From Chara braunii (lineage: Eukaryota > Plantae > Charophyceae), in contig BFEA01000023.1 of NCBI GenBank assembly GCA_003427395.1, forward strand, positions 4,879,699 to 4,943,698: a stretch of 64,000 nucleotides of DNA, in the 5' to 3' direction. Below the pieces are notes generated by a model. That model was given only the letters and a program-made list of their open reading frames with translations. It ran no database searches and was not told where the DNA came from. The first letter of the stretch is position 1. Every line of letters begins with the position of its first letter. Of the stretch, positions 51,176 to 62,811 are shown one piece after another. A program made the translations under genes and the position numbers.

Positions 51176-51736
51176 CGCCAATGACTTATTTCTTCCCACG
51201 CGCCTATATTTGGTGCACGGGAAACGCTACATCCAGGCGCTCGTTCGCAACTCGTTCCAAAACAAACGAGCGCAGCTCCGTGGGCACTGCCAGAGAAACA
51301 GGGGGGGGGGGTATAAGGAATAAGAAGGGGGGGAGGGAAAAAAAACTTACCTTGAAAACGTCACTTGGTTACCTATCAAAACGGACACTTGCTCATGATT
51401 TCGAGGAACTAAGAAGCCCCAGTGACTTCCCATTGCACGAGATGACACTTCGTGTTTTTGTTTTTTTTTTGTTTTTTTTTTTGTTTTGTTTTTTTTTTTT
51501 TNNNNNNNNNNNNNNNNNNNNNNNNNNNNNNNNNNNNNNNNNNNNNNNNNNNNNNNNNNNNNNNNNNNNNNNNNNNNNNNNNNNNNNNNNNNNNNNNNNN
51601 NNNNNNNNNNNNNNNNNNNNNNNNNNNNNNNNNNNNNNNNNNNNNNNNNNNNNNNNNNNNNNNNNNNNNNNNNNNNNNNNNNNNNNNNNNNNNNNAAGGG
51701 CACATCTGAGCACTTTTAAAGTGCAAACCCGAGTTG

Positions 51737-51783
51737 TGGACCATTTCTAGATTTATGCATGTCATCCCTGCACAGGGGTCATG
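51737..51783 (-). pseudogene. U6 snRNA 3'-half fragment, copy B
   Basis: Reverse complement reads CATGACCCCTGTGCAGGGATGACATGCATAAATCTAGAAATGGTCCA. Confidence 0.85.
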
Positions 51784-54700
51784 AGGACGCGGTCGGAATC
51801 GACCACGCTATTGAGATTGTGATCGACCTGCTCTTTACAAAACGAGCGCCCAACGGGATGTTATGGCTTCGATCCTCGTACCCATGGCATCCGAGGCTGG
51901 CATGTTACCATTTGGGCTAGCTCCTACTGTGAAAGTAGTAGGGGTTGCCCCTCCCTATAAAAGGTAACGGGGCATTGGCTCGCCCATTTGTGACCTAGCC
52001 CCCTCCTGCCCGAGTTTTCACAGGGTTAGTTCCCCGTCTATGGGTCGAACGAGTGCCCTCCCCGATAGGCCACAATGACTCTTAGCACAAGATCAATCCT
52101 GCAAACATAAAAAAAAAAAAAAATTAGGCATTTCATTTTTCCTGCGCCTCTGCGGCCCTGCTAGAAACAGTTGATTACTGCTATTACTCTTGGACGCTGC
52201 CAGCGTCCAGATTAAAAAACAAAAAAAAAAATTCTCAGTCATAGGTCAGGTCTGAATATACTTCTGGCAAATGCGTCAACTTCATCAAGTCAAAATTTCT
52301 ACAAATATCTGACGTTCAAAATAAAGGTTTCTGCTCCGACAATTTCATGTTTGAAAAAAGGTGGGCTGACTTGGATAGGGTGTGGATGAATTTTATTTGG
52401 GTTGTTTTGTTTTTTGTGCGGGTAGGGAGATAAATGCATATAAAAGGAGAATTTGAATGTGTTTACTTGAAAGCGATGAAATTGACTGTCCTCATTGACC
52501 TTTTTTTTTTGCCTACACGTCAAAAAGGTTGTATTTTGAAACAGAAAATTCAACATGTGTCAAGAAAAAAACCTTTAAATAAAGAAAATAAAAACTGATG
52601 AGTTTAACCTCTTTGTAAGGGACTTCCGGTTCTATCCCGAACGACCCACCTGTCTTTGCCCGTCCAAAAGAGTCTCAATCTCAACTTTTTATTATTATTT
52701 TTTTTCGTCTAAGTCAACTTTTTGTATGGTGAGTAAGGGGCAAATAATCCCACTCGAGGTTTGGGGGAGTCATTTTCTCTAGGGGGCATCTGGGGCTGGG
52801 GTTTGTTGCTTTATGAGCCAGCCCTGTTATTGACCCAGAGTGGACCGTACTATGGAGAGATATTTTGTCGAATTCCTCGGTGGAGCCAACCCGACTTCTC
52901 AGATCCGAGCTATATGCTCGGACGAGGAGAAGACCACTCTTTAGAGGGTAGGGTGTTTTTACGATTAAGGGTGGACATCGTTTTTCATACTCACGAACAA
53001 AAAGAGGGTTGAATTAGTACCCTACTCGGGTGGCCGTCTTAGAAGCCACCAACAAATGGGGAACTGGTGCGAAAAGAAACCAAGTTCGTGTATTTATTGG
53101 TTTCGGATAGAGTGCAAGTAGGCACTATTTTGGCGGACGGGTCAAACCATAAGAAGCAATGACCCTGAGGAAAATGAGAAAAACTAGTGAGACTTGATAG
53201 TACAAGAATGTGCTAATCTGAGTAAAGGTCAACGACGATTACCCAGGACGACCATTGTCCTATACGATTAGAAGTATGTTGGGTCTATGACTTAACATAG
53301 GGTCATCTTGAACTCGGGTTATTTTTAAGATGCATGCGGCACTGAGAATTATCATTTTTTTTCCAAGCAAGGTGGTCGCAGCGAACCACGCAACAAAAGC
53401 TGATAGATGCGGAATAGGGTTAAACCGAGTCGGACGTATGGTTTTCAACTCGGTTGAAGTATTCCCGCAAGGGAAGAGTTAAGAGCGGATCACGGGTCGA
53501 CGAAAAATCCACTGTGGATCTCAGGGATGACAAAAGTTTTTTAGGTTAGTGTCAGTCGAGCTCGGCGACTCGGGCGGTATGACCTCCATGCCGTGTATGA
53601 GTTCGAGAACGACGAGATATGATCGCGAGTTGATCTTGAAATCCGATGGATTTACCGTAGGCTTGTCCTACATTACAACGCTTGCATAAAAACATTTGAA
53701 AACATTAATTTTTTCAAATAGATCCGTGCTAACCGTTTTGAGCAGGTTAACAGTCAGGTATGTAAAAAAAAAAGTATACCAGAATGAAGTTCCGAACCTT
53801 CGACAACTTATTGATTCTTAATTGATTGATGGTCAGCGGTTGACAAAATCCCACCCAAACAAGATATTTGTTGGTGCATAACACTATGGATGAGGAATTG
53901 ATCCGGCGAGCGGACGACTTCTATTCAAGTTGGTTCGTGACGACACTCTGATCATTAGATTGAATTTGTAGGCTTGCTCAGAGATTGACAAGGATTTTTT
54001 TCCAACTCGTGCGCGGACATTTGTACCAATGTGGCGTGGCTTCATAATAAATTTCATGGATATTATCTGTTTTTTCATCGTGCGAGTAACCTCCAATGAT
54101 GCCTTTCTTAAGTCATTGTCAGTGTTAAGATTATGAACACTACAACGATGCACCTTTTTCGAATGCGTCAGCCTTTTCGTGCCATAGTATGAAGGTTGGC
54201 CTCTCGGATGGTCTCCCTCAATGACTCGCAAATAATCCGACTTGTGCGAAAGACTCTCCTTACTACTTTGATTTTTAAAAACGAGAAGCTTGCATGACTG
54301 AGCCATATAGAGGTTGAAGCCCGAAAATGTCGTTAGTTGTACCACGACTAACATATATTTGCGGACTTCATTTCTAATAAGGTTACCTAGGGGACCACTT
54401 CAAATTATTCCTAGTATGTCCGAGCCCTTTATTATTTTACTAGGCTTGGCAAAGGGGGTAAAAAAAATATTTTAGACAGGATTAGTCAGATAGATAGTAT
54501 TCGGGTTGCCCCAATGATGGTATTATTATCCTTAGGCATTATGGGGTAACCGAGCGTGTAGAAAATGAAGTGCGCACAGAAGTTGGTAAAGGGGATAAAA
54601 AATTATTATCCCACCTTTGGTGAAGCATTGTGATGCCGCACGGGAATTGTCAGACGTTAAAATTATTCTCAAACGTTCAACATTTCAAGTAATGCATCTA

Positions 54701-54789
54701 ATTAAAAATCATCCGCAAAACAGTTTGTTATTAAAAAAAAACAAAAATGTAGGGAGACGGGTGTGTGCGTGCCTAATCTTAGGCCGGCG

Positions 54790-55805
54790 GTAGGGTGGAA
54801 TGAATGTCTTTGGCAACACGTCTCATCAAGTTAAAACTAAGGCAATCTGACTACCTTATCGGCTGCATCAAGGTTGTTGTAGAAGCCAACTCCTTGTTGG
54901 CGACTCAATATGATTTTGTTTTATCGAGTTCGATCCGAGGGGGTCAGATTTTTATTTCGATCTTGCGTTACTGGTTCCACCATGTGGTACTCGGATTTTT
55001 TTATTTATCGCTTTCACTTATGGAGAAAAGGTTAACCGAGCCCCTATTTTTGGCAAGAAAAACGTCATCAAATTTTCACAATTTTCACCACTCTTCACAA
55101 CACAAATTCTAATACTCCAAATGACATCAAATTTGACACACAAAAAGCTTGTCCAAATAAAAAAAAGGCAAAAAACAAAATTCAAAAAAACACAAAAAAA
55201 CCCTAAATTCATGATCATTCAGGATCATTCATCGTTACCTAGGGCTGAAAAGTGGGGGTCCCTGTTAACCGCTTGTGGGTTATTACAACTTTATTTTCGA
55301 GTTATATGGTCACGAGACTAGGATTGAGTTGTAGGTTTCATCCTTGGTTAAGACCGTCCTTGTTGACCAGCGTTTACTTCGTACTTAGGAGATCAACCCT
55401 CTAGGGGACATACGAGGTATGGTTCAAACGACGTTTTAACCACACGTGCCTATATTGCAGTGAAACGAGCAAACGTCCTCAACTAGCATATCTATGCAAT
55501 TGAATGTAAAAATTTTCTCTCGTGGGTCGGTAACTCGGTAGGGATACACCCTTAAAGGTGGTGACAACCCTTTAGGGAAGGCAAATTGTGCCACACGGAA
55601 ACGTATCATATTGTAGGGGATCACGGAAAGTAAAATTGACGCACCCGATTAGAGCGACGAGGTGACAGCGCGACCACGTTCATCGTAGCGGTTCGCGGGG
55701 TTATATTATATTGTTGTTTCTGGTTTTGTTTTGTTTTTACTTGTGCTTGACGTGGTCGGGAGGACTCTCGCCTTTTGCGAAAAAGGCGGAAGTCGATGTG
55801 CTCGA
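54790..55805 (+). repeat. Block Y, copy 2 (inverted relative to copies 1 and 3)
   Basis: Shared blocks: tctcatcaagtyaaaact.aggca, agccaactcct, gaccgtcct, cttcgtactta, agggatacrcc, ggtggtracaa, ttgacgcaccc, agcggttcgc. Confidence 0.75.
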
Positions 55806-56094
55806 CAACGAGCACACACAAACATTCTTTTTTTTTTTTTCTCTAAAAAGTTTCACTTCAACCCACTAGAGGAGGTGATATGAGCATCTCCCTAGAGTGA
55901 ATTTGTGACACAATGCTCCTGTCTAATTGTGGGGAGCGACACTTGATGAAAATGGGGTCAATAGACCATGAACATCGATAATAAAGCACCGTTGGGACCC
56001 CCCAACATACACTATTGGAATTGTGTAGCTCAAATATGACGAAACATAAACACAACAATCACTACCTTACCATAGTAGTAATTGATTCCCTCTT

Positions 56095-56170
56095 AAAAGG
56101 AGGTGATCCGACCGCACTTTCTAGTAAAACTACCTTGTTAAGACTTCACTCCAGTTACTAGCCTTGCCTT
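56095..56170 (-). pseudogene. 3' end of plastid-type 16S rRNA (small NUPT or cDNA fragment)
   Basis: AAAAGGAGGTGATCCGACCGCACTTTCTAGTAAAACTACCTTGTTAAGACTTCACTCCAGTTACTAGCCTTGCCTT matches the antisense of the 16S 3' terminus (anti-SD and 1492R region), with the plastid-like CACTCCAGTCACTAGCCCTGCCTT. Confidence 0.85.
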
Positions 56171-56299
56171 TAAAAACATACTTTTCTTTTAACCGTTGTC
56201 TGGCACGGCGGTTCCATGGCCTGCAACGAGTGTCATACCTCACAATTGTGTCTCGCGGGAGTAAGCTCATTGCATTGACTCAGTGGAGATACCACTCCG

Positions 56300-56545
56300 A
56301 CTGTGCGTGCCAACTATATCTCTCACGGCTCCCTCCAACAGCACAAAACTCCGCGCGGTACAACTCACCTCTACCTGAGGGGTTGTCACCAACCTTAGGT
56401 AGGCGTATCCCTGTTGAGCTACCGACTCACGTGAGAAGGCCTTTACTTGCAATCGCAAAAGGGAGTCAGCCGAGAGCGTTTGCTCGATCATCGTAGCATA
56501 GACATACGAGCAGTTAAACGCCTAAGACTGACCCGCACACGTGTC
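56300..56545 (-). repeat. Block Y core, copy 3
   Basis: Reverse complement reads ggcgtttaac...cgagcaaacg...gcgattgc...gtcggtagctcaacagggatacgcc...ggtgacaaccc. Confidence 0.7.
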
Positions 56546-57544
56546 GGGAATTGGGAGTGTTAATCTCCCGGATCAATTTATAATTCAGGTCGACTTGACT
56601 AATGAACTTTCGCTCATACATCATTTTAACCTATTTTCCTCAACCCATAACTTATTCTTAGTATCAAACAAACTTTTTTCAAATCAATGCATGTATAATG
56701 AAGAGACTTTAATGAATTGAGACTTAAATGTGACAAAATATCTTTATATTTTTTACAGAAGCAGATACGAAATAAAAATATATAAATCTTTGACTTTTTT
56801 GAAGAAAACCGCTGAAGGTTCTCAACCTTTCAATTATGCATCACAAATCAAGATAGACTTATGAAATTTCAATAAAAATTTAAATATATAAGGCGCTTGG
56901 TCTTGCCAACAATCCTAATCTATTTAACATATAGAAAGAGTAGCGTTGTGAAAAGCGCATGGATGATCGTTTTACGCACCTATAGATAAAAATCAAACAA
57001 ATTTCACAATTATAACGAAATCAACCATTTGTTCACTTTCACCCACATTGCACTTACACTTACAAACCTATCAACTAGACACCATTTTTTTGACTTAGTT
57101 ATTCAGTCTTATATGCATTTAGTCGTTTGAGGAGTATTTTTTACCAAACACAAACCTTTTGGAAATTGACCCAAAATTATGAAATGTTTTTTTATTGCCG
57201 AGGTCGATGCAAAGTGTGGGTGTTGAAGGTAAGCGAGAGTTGAGTCGTTAAACTAACCTGTTACCATAGAGCAATAACATATAGTATTGTACATATTCAT
57301 AATAAATACTCTTTGAATAATTTATTACTTGAGATGATTTGCAATTGTACACAAGTCAACACGGGCTCAACACCCCTTTGCTATCGATATGACCTCATTC
57401 TGAAGTTCAGTAATCCGAACTTCAAATATAATGGAGACCATTTTTTCTCTAAAGAAGTAGCCTTTTAGATTCCCTATCTGGTCGGATCTTTGAAAAATAG
57501 TTATCAAATTTAAATACTTCAAGGAGTTTCATAGTCTAATCAAT

Positions 57545-58250
57545 CTTAAAGTACGTAAGCAGTATGAAGACCCTCACTTCACCCTACTATTTACGAGTCA
57601 ATATAAATTGAATCGAGTAGTATGATGACTCACACTGGAGTCTTTGTCCTTCCGCTTTGATTATCCTATACTCAGACAAGCAATATGAAATCTACACTGG
57701 AGTATCTCTCTTCTCTTCTCTCGATACCTTTTAGTTCGAGCATACGCAAGTAGTAGATTGACTCGAATTTTAGTCTTCTACAACTTGTTCAATACCAGAC
57801 AATCCATGTCCACTCAAGTAGTCAGATGACCCACACTAGAGTATCTAACTACCCTTTCAACGTCATTCAACATGCATATGCACCAACATGACAGACAAAA
57901 TGGTAAATATATAATGAAGACGAGTAGTAAAAGTCTGTAGTACCCCACCACCCTTCAACATTAAACATACAGTAGGATAACTCATACATGAGCGTCCTAT
58001 TATTTTCTTAGCGTCCAATAGACAAATCACATCATATTACATTTCCACATAAGTTAGAATCGAATACAAGTTAGTAATATCATGTCTCTTACTGGAGTCC
58101 CCTACTACCTTTTGAGTATCACACAATCTAACTCCAAACAAGTAATAGGATGACCCTCATTGGAGTCTCCCACTACCTTTATAACATTGCACAAACTAAT
58201 CTTTAAACATGAAATAAGATGACTTGGACTAGAGTATCTTACCACTCGTT
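57545..58250. repeat. Ancient degenerate about 65-70-bp tandem repeat
   Basis: Core close to CAAGTAGTAGGATGACYCACACTGGAGT recurs about 9-10 times. Confidence 0.6.
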
Positions 58251-58295
58251 CAAATATTACGCAGACTCATAAAACATATCAGTTTCCTTTCATGA

Positions 58296-58728
58296 CCTAC
58301 TACTACTTCTAAGGCTATACATGGGAACCCTGCACGCATAGCTTTCTACCTCTCCTCGGTGAAGGGAGTTTACCTCTCTCGGTGGAGGGAGGTAACGACA
58401 TGCTTGCCCCTTTGCCCTAATGTTTAGGGTGTGGGGTTGGGGCCACCAGTGGGGGCCCGGCTAACACAAGGACCGAGCATTTGCCAGCAACTGTGACCCC
58501 CATCAGATAACAGTAGTGTCTAAAGCCAACACTCTCCCACACACCACACACAACCCACTCGCATTCGCACTCATACCCGTGTTGGCTGAAGACCTTACTA
58601 ATACCGACTGGGAGGATACAGGTGACTACCTCAGTTGGTTGGCATCGACCATGCCACAGGTGCGAGGGGGTTGAGCCAAGGACCTCCTGAATGCCACCTG
58701 CATGCCTAACCAATTGAGCCATTTCTCA
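58296..58728 (-). mobile_element. tRNA-derived SINE
   Basis: Head TGGCTCAATTGG (A box)...GGCTCAACCCC (B-box-like); tail GGGTTCCCATGTATAGCCTTAGAAGTAGTAGTAG. Confidence 0.65.
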
Positions 58729-59315
58729 GATTTGCCAGAGGCTTTATTGTTTATACTGATATTAGTGGTTGACCGCGGGCTCCACACACATGCCCTCACG
58801 GTAAGTCAATAGGCTGTAGTGGAACCACAAACGAAGTCCTGGGGCAAGGTCCCACTTGCCCGGAGTAAGAGATTCTGGCCGTTGATCTTCGCTATCCGCG
58901 GTCAGTAGCGCTTGATTCGTGTAAGTGGGACCTAGCCCCAGGGGCGCCCTCGATTCAGTGTTTTCAACTTCACCTTTTACTGTAATATACATTCTCCGGC
59001 TCTACAGGTGTTGTGGTAGTGCGGCGATGCCCACGGTTTTTCTCTTGCTTCTCCCGCCCGATTGCCCGATTGCCCGATTTTCACCGGCCGTGGGCACACG
59101 CACGAGCGCGGGTTTCCTGTGGTTTCCACGCACGAGCGCGCCGGATAACTTCGCGAGGTGCGGGATTGATATTGACATAGCACCGGCGGAGGCGTGTGGT
59201 TCGGCGGAGGCGTGCGGGTCTTCCGGTTCATCTTCTCAGGTCTGTGGCTGGTGTTCGTATTCTGGCAAACCTGGCGTAGCGGTGCCGATAGCGAGGGGAG
59301 AAAACACGTGTCGCG

Positions 59316-59508
59316 ATGTCGGCGTCGTCTGTGGTGGCGGCCGCCACCTATTGGCGCTCAGCAGGGATGACGTACGTGAAGTACGCCAATACCTGCGCGG
59401 CTATGGTGAGGAAATGTCTCAAGGAACCTATGCGCACGGAGGCTCTCGCGCGAGAGAAGGTTCATTACCGAATTGCCACGTGGGAGGATGGGAGTCAGGG
59501 CCAATCAG
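59316..59508 (+). CDS. Mitochondrial F1-ATP synthase epsilon subunit (ATP5E-like), first coding exon; short last exon not located
   Basis: MSASSVVAAATYWRSAGMTYVKYANTCAAMVRKCLKEP...EKVHYRIATWEDG matches the family motif WR.AG.tY..Y.n.cA..vR.cLKEp. Donor CAG|GTGGGT (phase 1) is followed by a microsatellite-rich intron. Confidence 0.92.
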
Positions 59509-59529
59509 GTGGGTGCCATCTTCTCTTTC

Positions 59530-59564
<35 letters not shown>

Positions 59565-59604
59565 TCACACACGCACACACACACACACACACAGAGTGCC
59601 ATCT

Positions 59605-59636
<32 letters not shown>

Positions 59637-59730
59637 GCACACACAGACACACACATATACACGCGAAAGGACAAAACACACACAGAGGCATCATCGTCAT
59701 CATCACGTGCACACATTGTCTGCCTACCCG

Positions 59731-59764
<34 letters not shown>

Positions 59765-59797
59765 GCACAAATGCACTTACACAAATGCACACACATA

Positions 59798-59919
59798 GGG
59801 CCTCGCTCCACTACTCTCCGAATGTGCAAAATGAGACTGAATCCTCCCCTAGAACATGGAAAGATACATTGCTATATTTTTTGTCGTTTGTGCATGTCGA
59901 GAGTAGAGGAGCGAGGCCC
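59798..59919. mobile_element. GGGCCTCGC-family MITE in the ATP synthase epsilon intron
   Basis: TIR GGGCCTCGCTCC..TACTCTC; 3-bp TSD ATA/ATA. Confidence 0.85.
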
Positions 59920-59994
59920 ATAAACGTGCTATATACATAGACAGACTCATCAATGCCATGATCACATCCACTCTCTCTCTCTCTCTGTCTCTCT

Positions 59995-60115
59995 GGGCCT
60001 CGCCGCACCACCCTCCAAATGCTCAAAATGAGAATGAATTGTCCCCTACAACTTGGATTTATACGCCCACCACAATTTGTCTTTTGTGCACTGGGTGAGG
60101 GGTGCGGCGAGGCCC
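59995..60115. mobile_element. GGGCCTCGC-family MITE
   Basis: TIR GGGCCTCGCCGCACC / GGTGCGGCGAGGCCC; TSD TCT/TCT. Confidence 0.85.
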
Positions 60116-60284
60116 TCTCTCTCTCTCTCTCTCGTGCCCACACACAAACGCACAGTATGCTCACCCAAAAGACACATCATGGTCATCATCACAGACATAC
60201 ATTGTGTGCCGCTCTCTCTCTCTCTCTCGGCCACACCTCATCACGTACGCATACTCTGTCTCTCTCTGTCTCTCTGTCTCTCTG

Positions 60285-60355
<71 letters not shown>

Positions 60356-60388
60356 CACACACGCACATACACACAACATCGTCTCAGA

Positions 60389-60559
60389 GGACCTCGCCGC
60401 GGGGCACACGAAACAAACAAACAAAAAAAAAGCACCCTCCCACTGAAGGATGTGAAGTACATTTATTTCTATTCTGAGTAACGGATGTATGTTACCGTCT
60501 TCTGTGGGAAGATGCGCTTTCCGTATTTTTTTCGTTGAGTGTGCCGCGCGGCGAGGCCC
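60389..60559. mobile_element. GGGCCTCGC-family MITE (longer variant)
   Basis: GGACCTCGCCGCGGGGCACAC / GTGTGCCGCGCGGCGAGGCCC. Confidence 0.7.
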
Positions 60560-61020
60560 AATTCGTTTTTCGTGGAGGTGTGTATAGCGCACTTGATAAC
60601 ACGCACAGACACATCATCACATATGTCTCTCTCGCTCCGCACACACATGTATATCTCACACACCCTCTCTCTCTCTCTCTCTGGACCTCGCTCCCCCATT
60701 TTCTCTCTCTTTTTCATTCCGTCCCTGTTTCTCTCTCTCTCTCAATGATGTCTATCGTTGCTGTCTCGCGTTTCGCCATCGCCTTTGCTTTCTTTCTCGG
60801 TCTCTGAGGGCATACTCACACATGTACTTTCCTGAATGTATCTGGTCAGCAATTCTCACACGAGTACTTTCCTTCCTGAATGTACCTGGTCAGTACTGTC
60901 GTCCAAATTCAGTTTCTGAAAATCTTGGTGCGAGTATGCTCTTAGTGGCGCCCGCTTTTCGCTTTTCCCTTTCACCCTCACTCATCGTGCCTCGTCCCCA
61001 CTCGCGATATGTGAGAAAGC

Positions 61021-61182
61021 CGAAAATAAAACGGCGAGTCCATCTGTTCATGTTCTAGCTGAAGATACATTAAGGCGAAAATAAAGTGGCGAGTGCATCT
61101 GTTCATGTTCTAGCTGAATATACATTAACTCGAAAATAAAATGGCGAGTGCATCTGTTCATTTTCTAGCTGAAGATACATTC
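61021..61182. repeat. About 55-bp tandem repeat, 3 copies
   Basis: CGAAAATAAA..GGCGAGTGCATCTGTTCATGTTCTAGCTGAAGATACATT. Confidence 0.85.
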
Positions 61183-61759
61183 GTCATTTTGCATGTTTAA
61201 TTTCTGTGCTTCTGTTTCTCTTCTGTTTCTGTTTCTGTTTCTGTTTCTGTTTCTGTTTCTCTCTCTCCTCTATTTCTGTGTCTTTGTCTTTTTTTTTTTT
61301 GTCTTTTTCCCTTTATTTCTTTCCCTGTTTTTCCCCCCCCTTTCTTTCTGGCTTTTCCCCTATCTGTTTCTCTCTCTCGTCTATTTCTGTGTCTTTCCCT
61401 CTTTCTGTTTCTTCCCCCCCCACCCCACCCCTCTGTTTTTCGTTTTCCCCCCTCTTTTCTTTTTCTTTGTTTTTCCTTTTTCTCTTTCGTTTTTTTTCCT
61501 TTTCTCTTTCTTTTTCTTTTTTTTTTCCTTTTCTCTTTCTTTTTCCTTTTTTTTTCTTTTTCTTTTCTCTCTTTCTTTCTGTTTCTGTTCTTTTTCTCTC
61601 TCTGTTTTTTTTCCCTCTCTCTCTTTCTGTTTTTGGAAGGGGAAGTGACGACGACCATCTCGTAGATGGCCACCTATAGGCCGCGCCCGATTGACAACAC
61701 GTGAAAATGACGAGTGCATCTTCACACGAAAGGCTGCAATATACATCGTAATGGGCGAT

Positions 61760-61942
61760 GATTTTCAACAGTTTTCAACGTTCTTCGACAGATTTTCAAT
61801 GATTTTTCAATTATTTTTCGACAGATTTTCAATGATTTTTCAATTATTTTTCGACAGATTTTCAGCGATGTTCAATGATTTTCAACAGTTTTCAACGATT
61901 TTCAACGATTGTCAACGGATTTTCAGTGATTTTCAGCGATTA
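61760..61942. repeat. Degenerate 11-bp tandem repeat
   Basis: TTTTCAACGAT-like units. Confidence 0.8.
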
Positions 61943-61978
61943 TGAAGAGCGCTGCAGTATTTTTCATCCGCAGGCAAA

Positions 61979-62100
61979 GGGCCTCGCTCCACTGCTCTCC
62001 ACATGCACAAAAGGCAAAAACTATTTCGGTGTATCTTTCCATGTTCTAGCGGAAGATTCATTCTCATTTTGCACATTTGGAGAGAACTGGAGCGAGGCCT
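61979..62100. mobile_element. GGGCCTCGC-family MITE, reverse orientation to 59798-59919
   Basis: Contains gtatctttccatgttctag, the reverse complement of ctagaacatggaaagatac, and matching TIRs. Confidence 0.85.
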
Positions 62101-62770
62101 ATGGTACATCCCGTGCGACGAGAGTGGTCGCTCGTGCGGTGACTAACGGTGTATTCTGGCCTGCAAAGAAAATAAAAGAAGAAAACATGTACTCTCAAAC
62201 ACAAGAGTCAGGATCATCTAATCGGATCGTTAGGATATTGAAAATATCCTATTTCAACATTTCTGGAATTCCGTCTCTCATGCGTTCTGTTGGATGCGGG
62301 GGCGGGATTACACGCTATGCGCTATGCGATTCGGCGATGACGTGGAATCGTGTGCGATGCAATTCTGAGGGCGGTCATGCGATGGTCGTGATTACGTAAA
62401 CAGTTTCATCGAACCTTCCTTTATTCAAGGTCTCTATTCCAACCCGGTGGGGGAGGAGGGACGGAGGTATGAGGGAGGGCACACGCGCACACACACACAC
62501 ACACACACACAGACAGAGAGAGAGAGAGAGAGGGAAGCTTGCTTAAGTCAAGGTCTCTAGAGAGAGAGAGAGAGAGAGAAAGGCAAGCTTGCCTTAAGTC
62601 AAGGTCGAGAGAGAGGGAGAGACAGAGAGAGAGAGAGAGAAGCTTGCCTTAAGTCAAGGTCTCTATTTCAACCCGGTTGGGGGGGAAGGGACAGGGAGGC
62701 GGAAGAGAGGGCACACAGCGGGGGGGAAGGGGACAGGGAGGCGTAAGGGAGGGCACACGCACACTGACAC

Positions 62771-62811
<41 letters not shown>

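Larger units (their letters stand above)
50536..52345. repeat. Composite 1.75-kb repeat, copy B (contains N gap 51502-51695)
   Basis: Direct, diverged copy of 44968-46720. Confidence 0.85.

Noticed and set aside
51345-51440. U1 snRNA-like fragment (ACTTACCT ... CCATTGCAC) in the composite repeat
   Set aside because: Spacing and intervening sequence do not fit U1 well and copy A is weaker. ACTTACCT is equally a minus-strand AG|GTAAGT donor. Needs cmscan.
53884-54354. 156-aa minus-strand ORF
   Set aside because: No recognisable motif or splice context; it may be a decayed coding relic but cannot be supported.
56095-56170. Functional rRNA gene or bacterial contamination
   Set aside because: Only about 75 bp, mutated at conserved positions and embedded in nuclear repeats.
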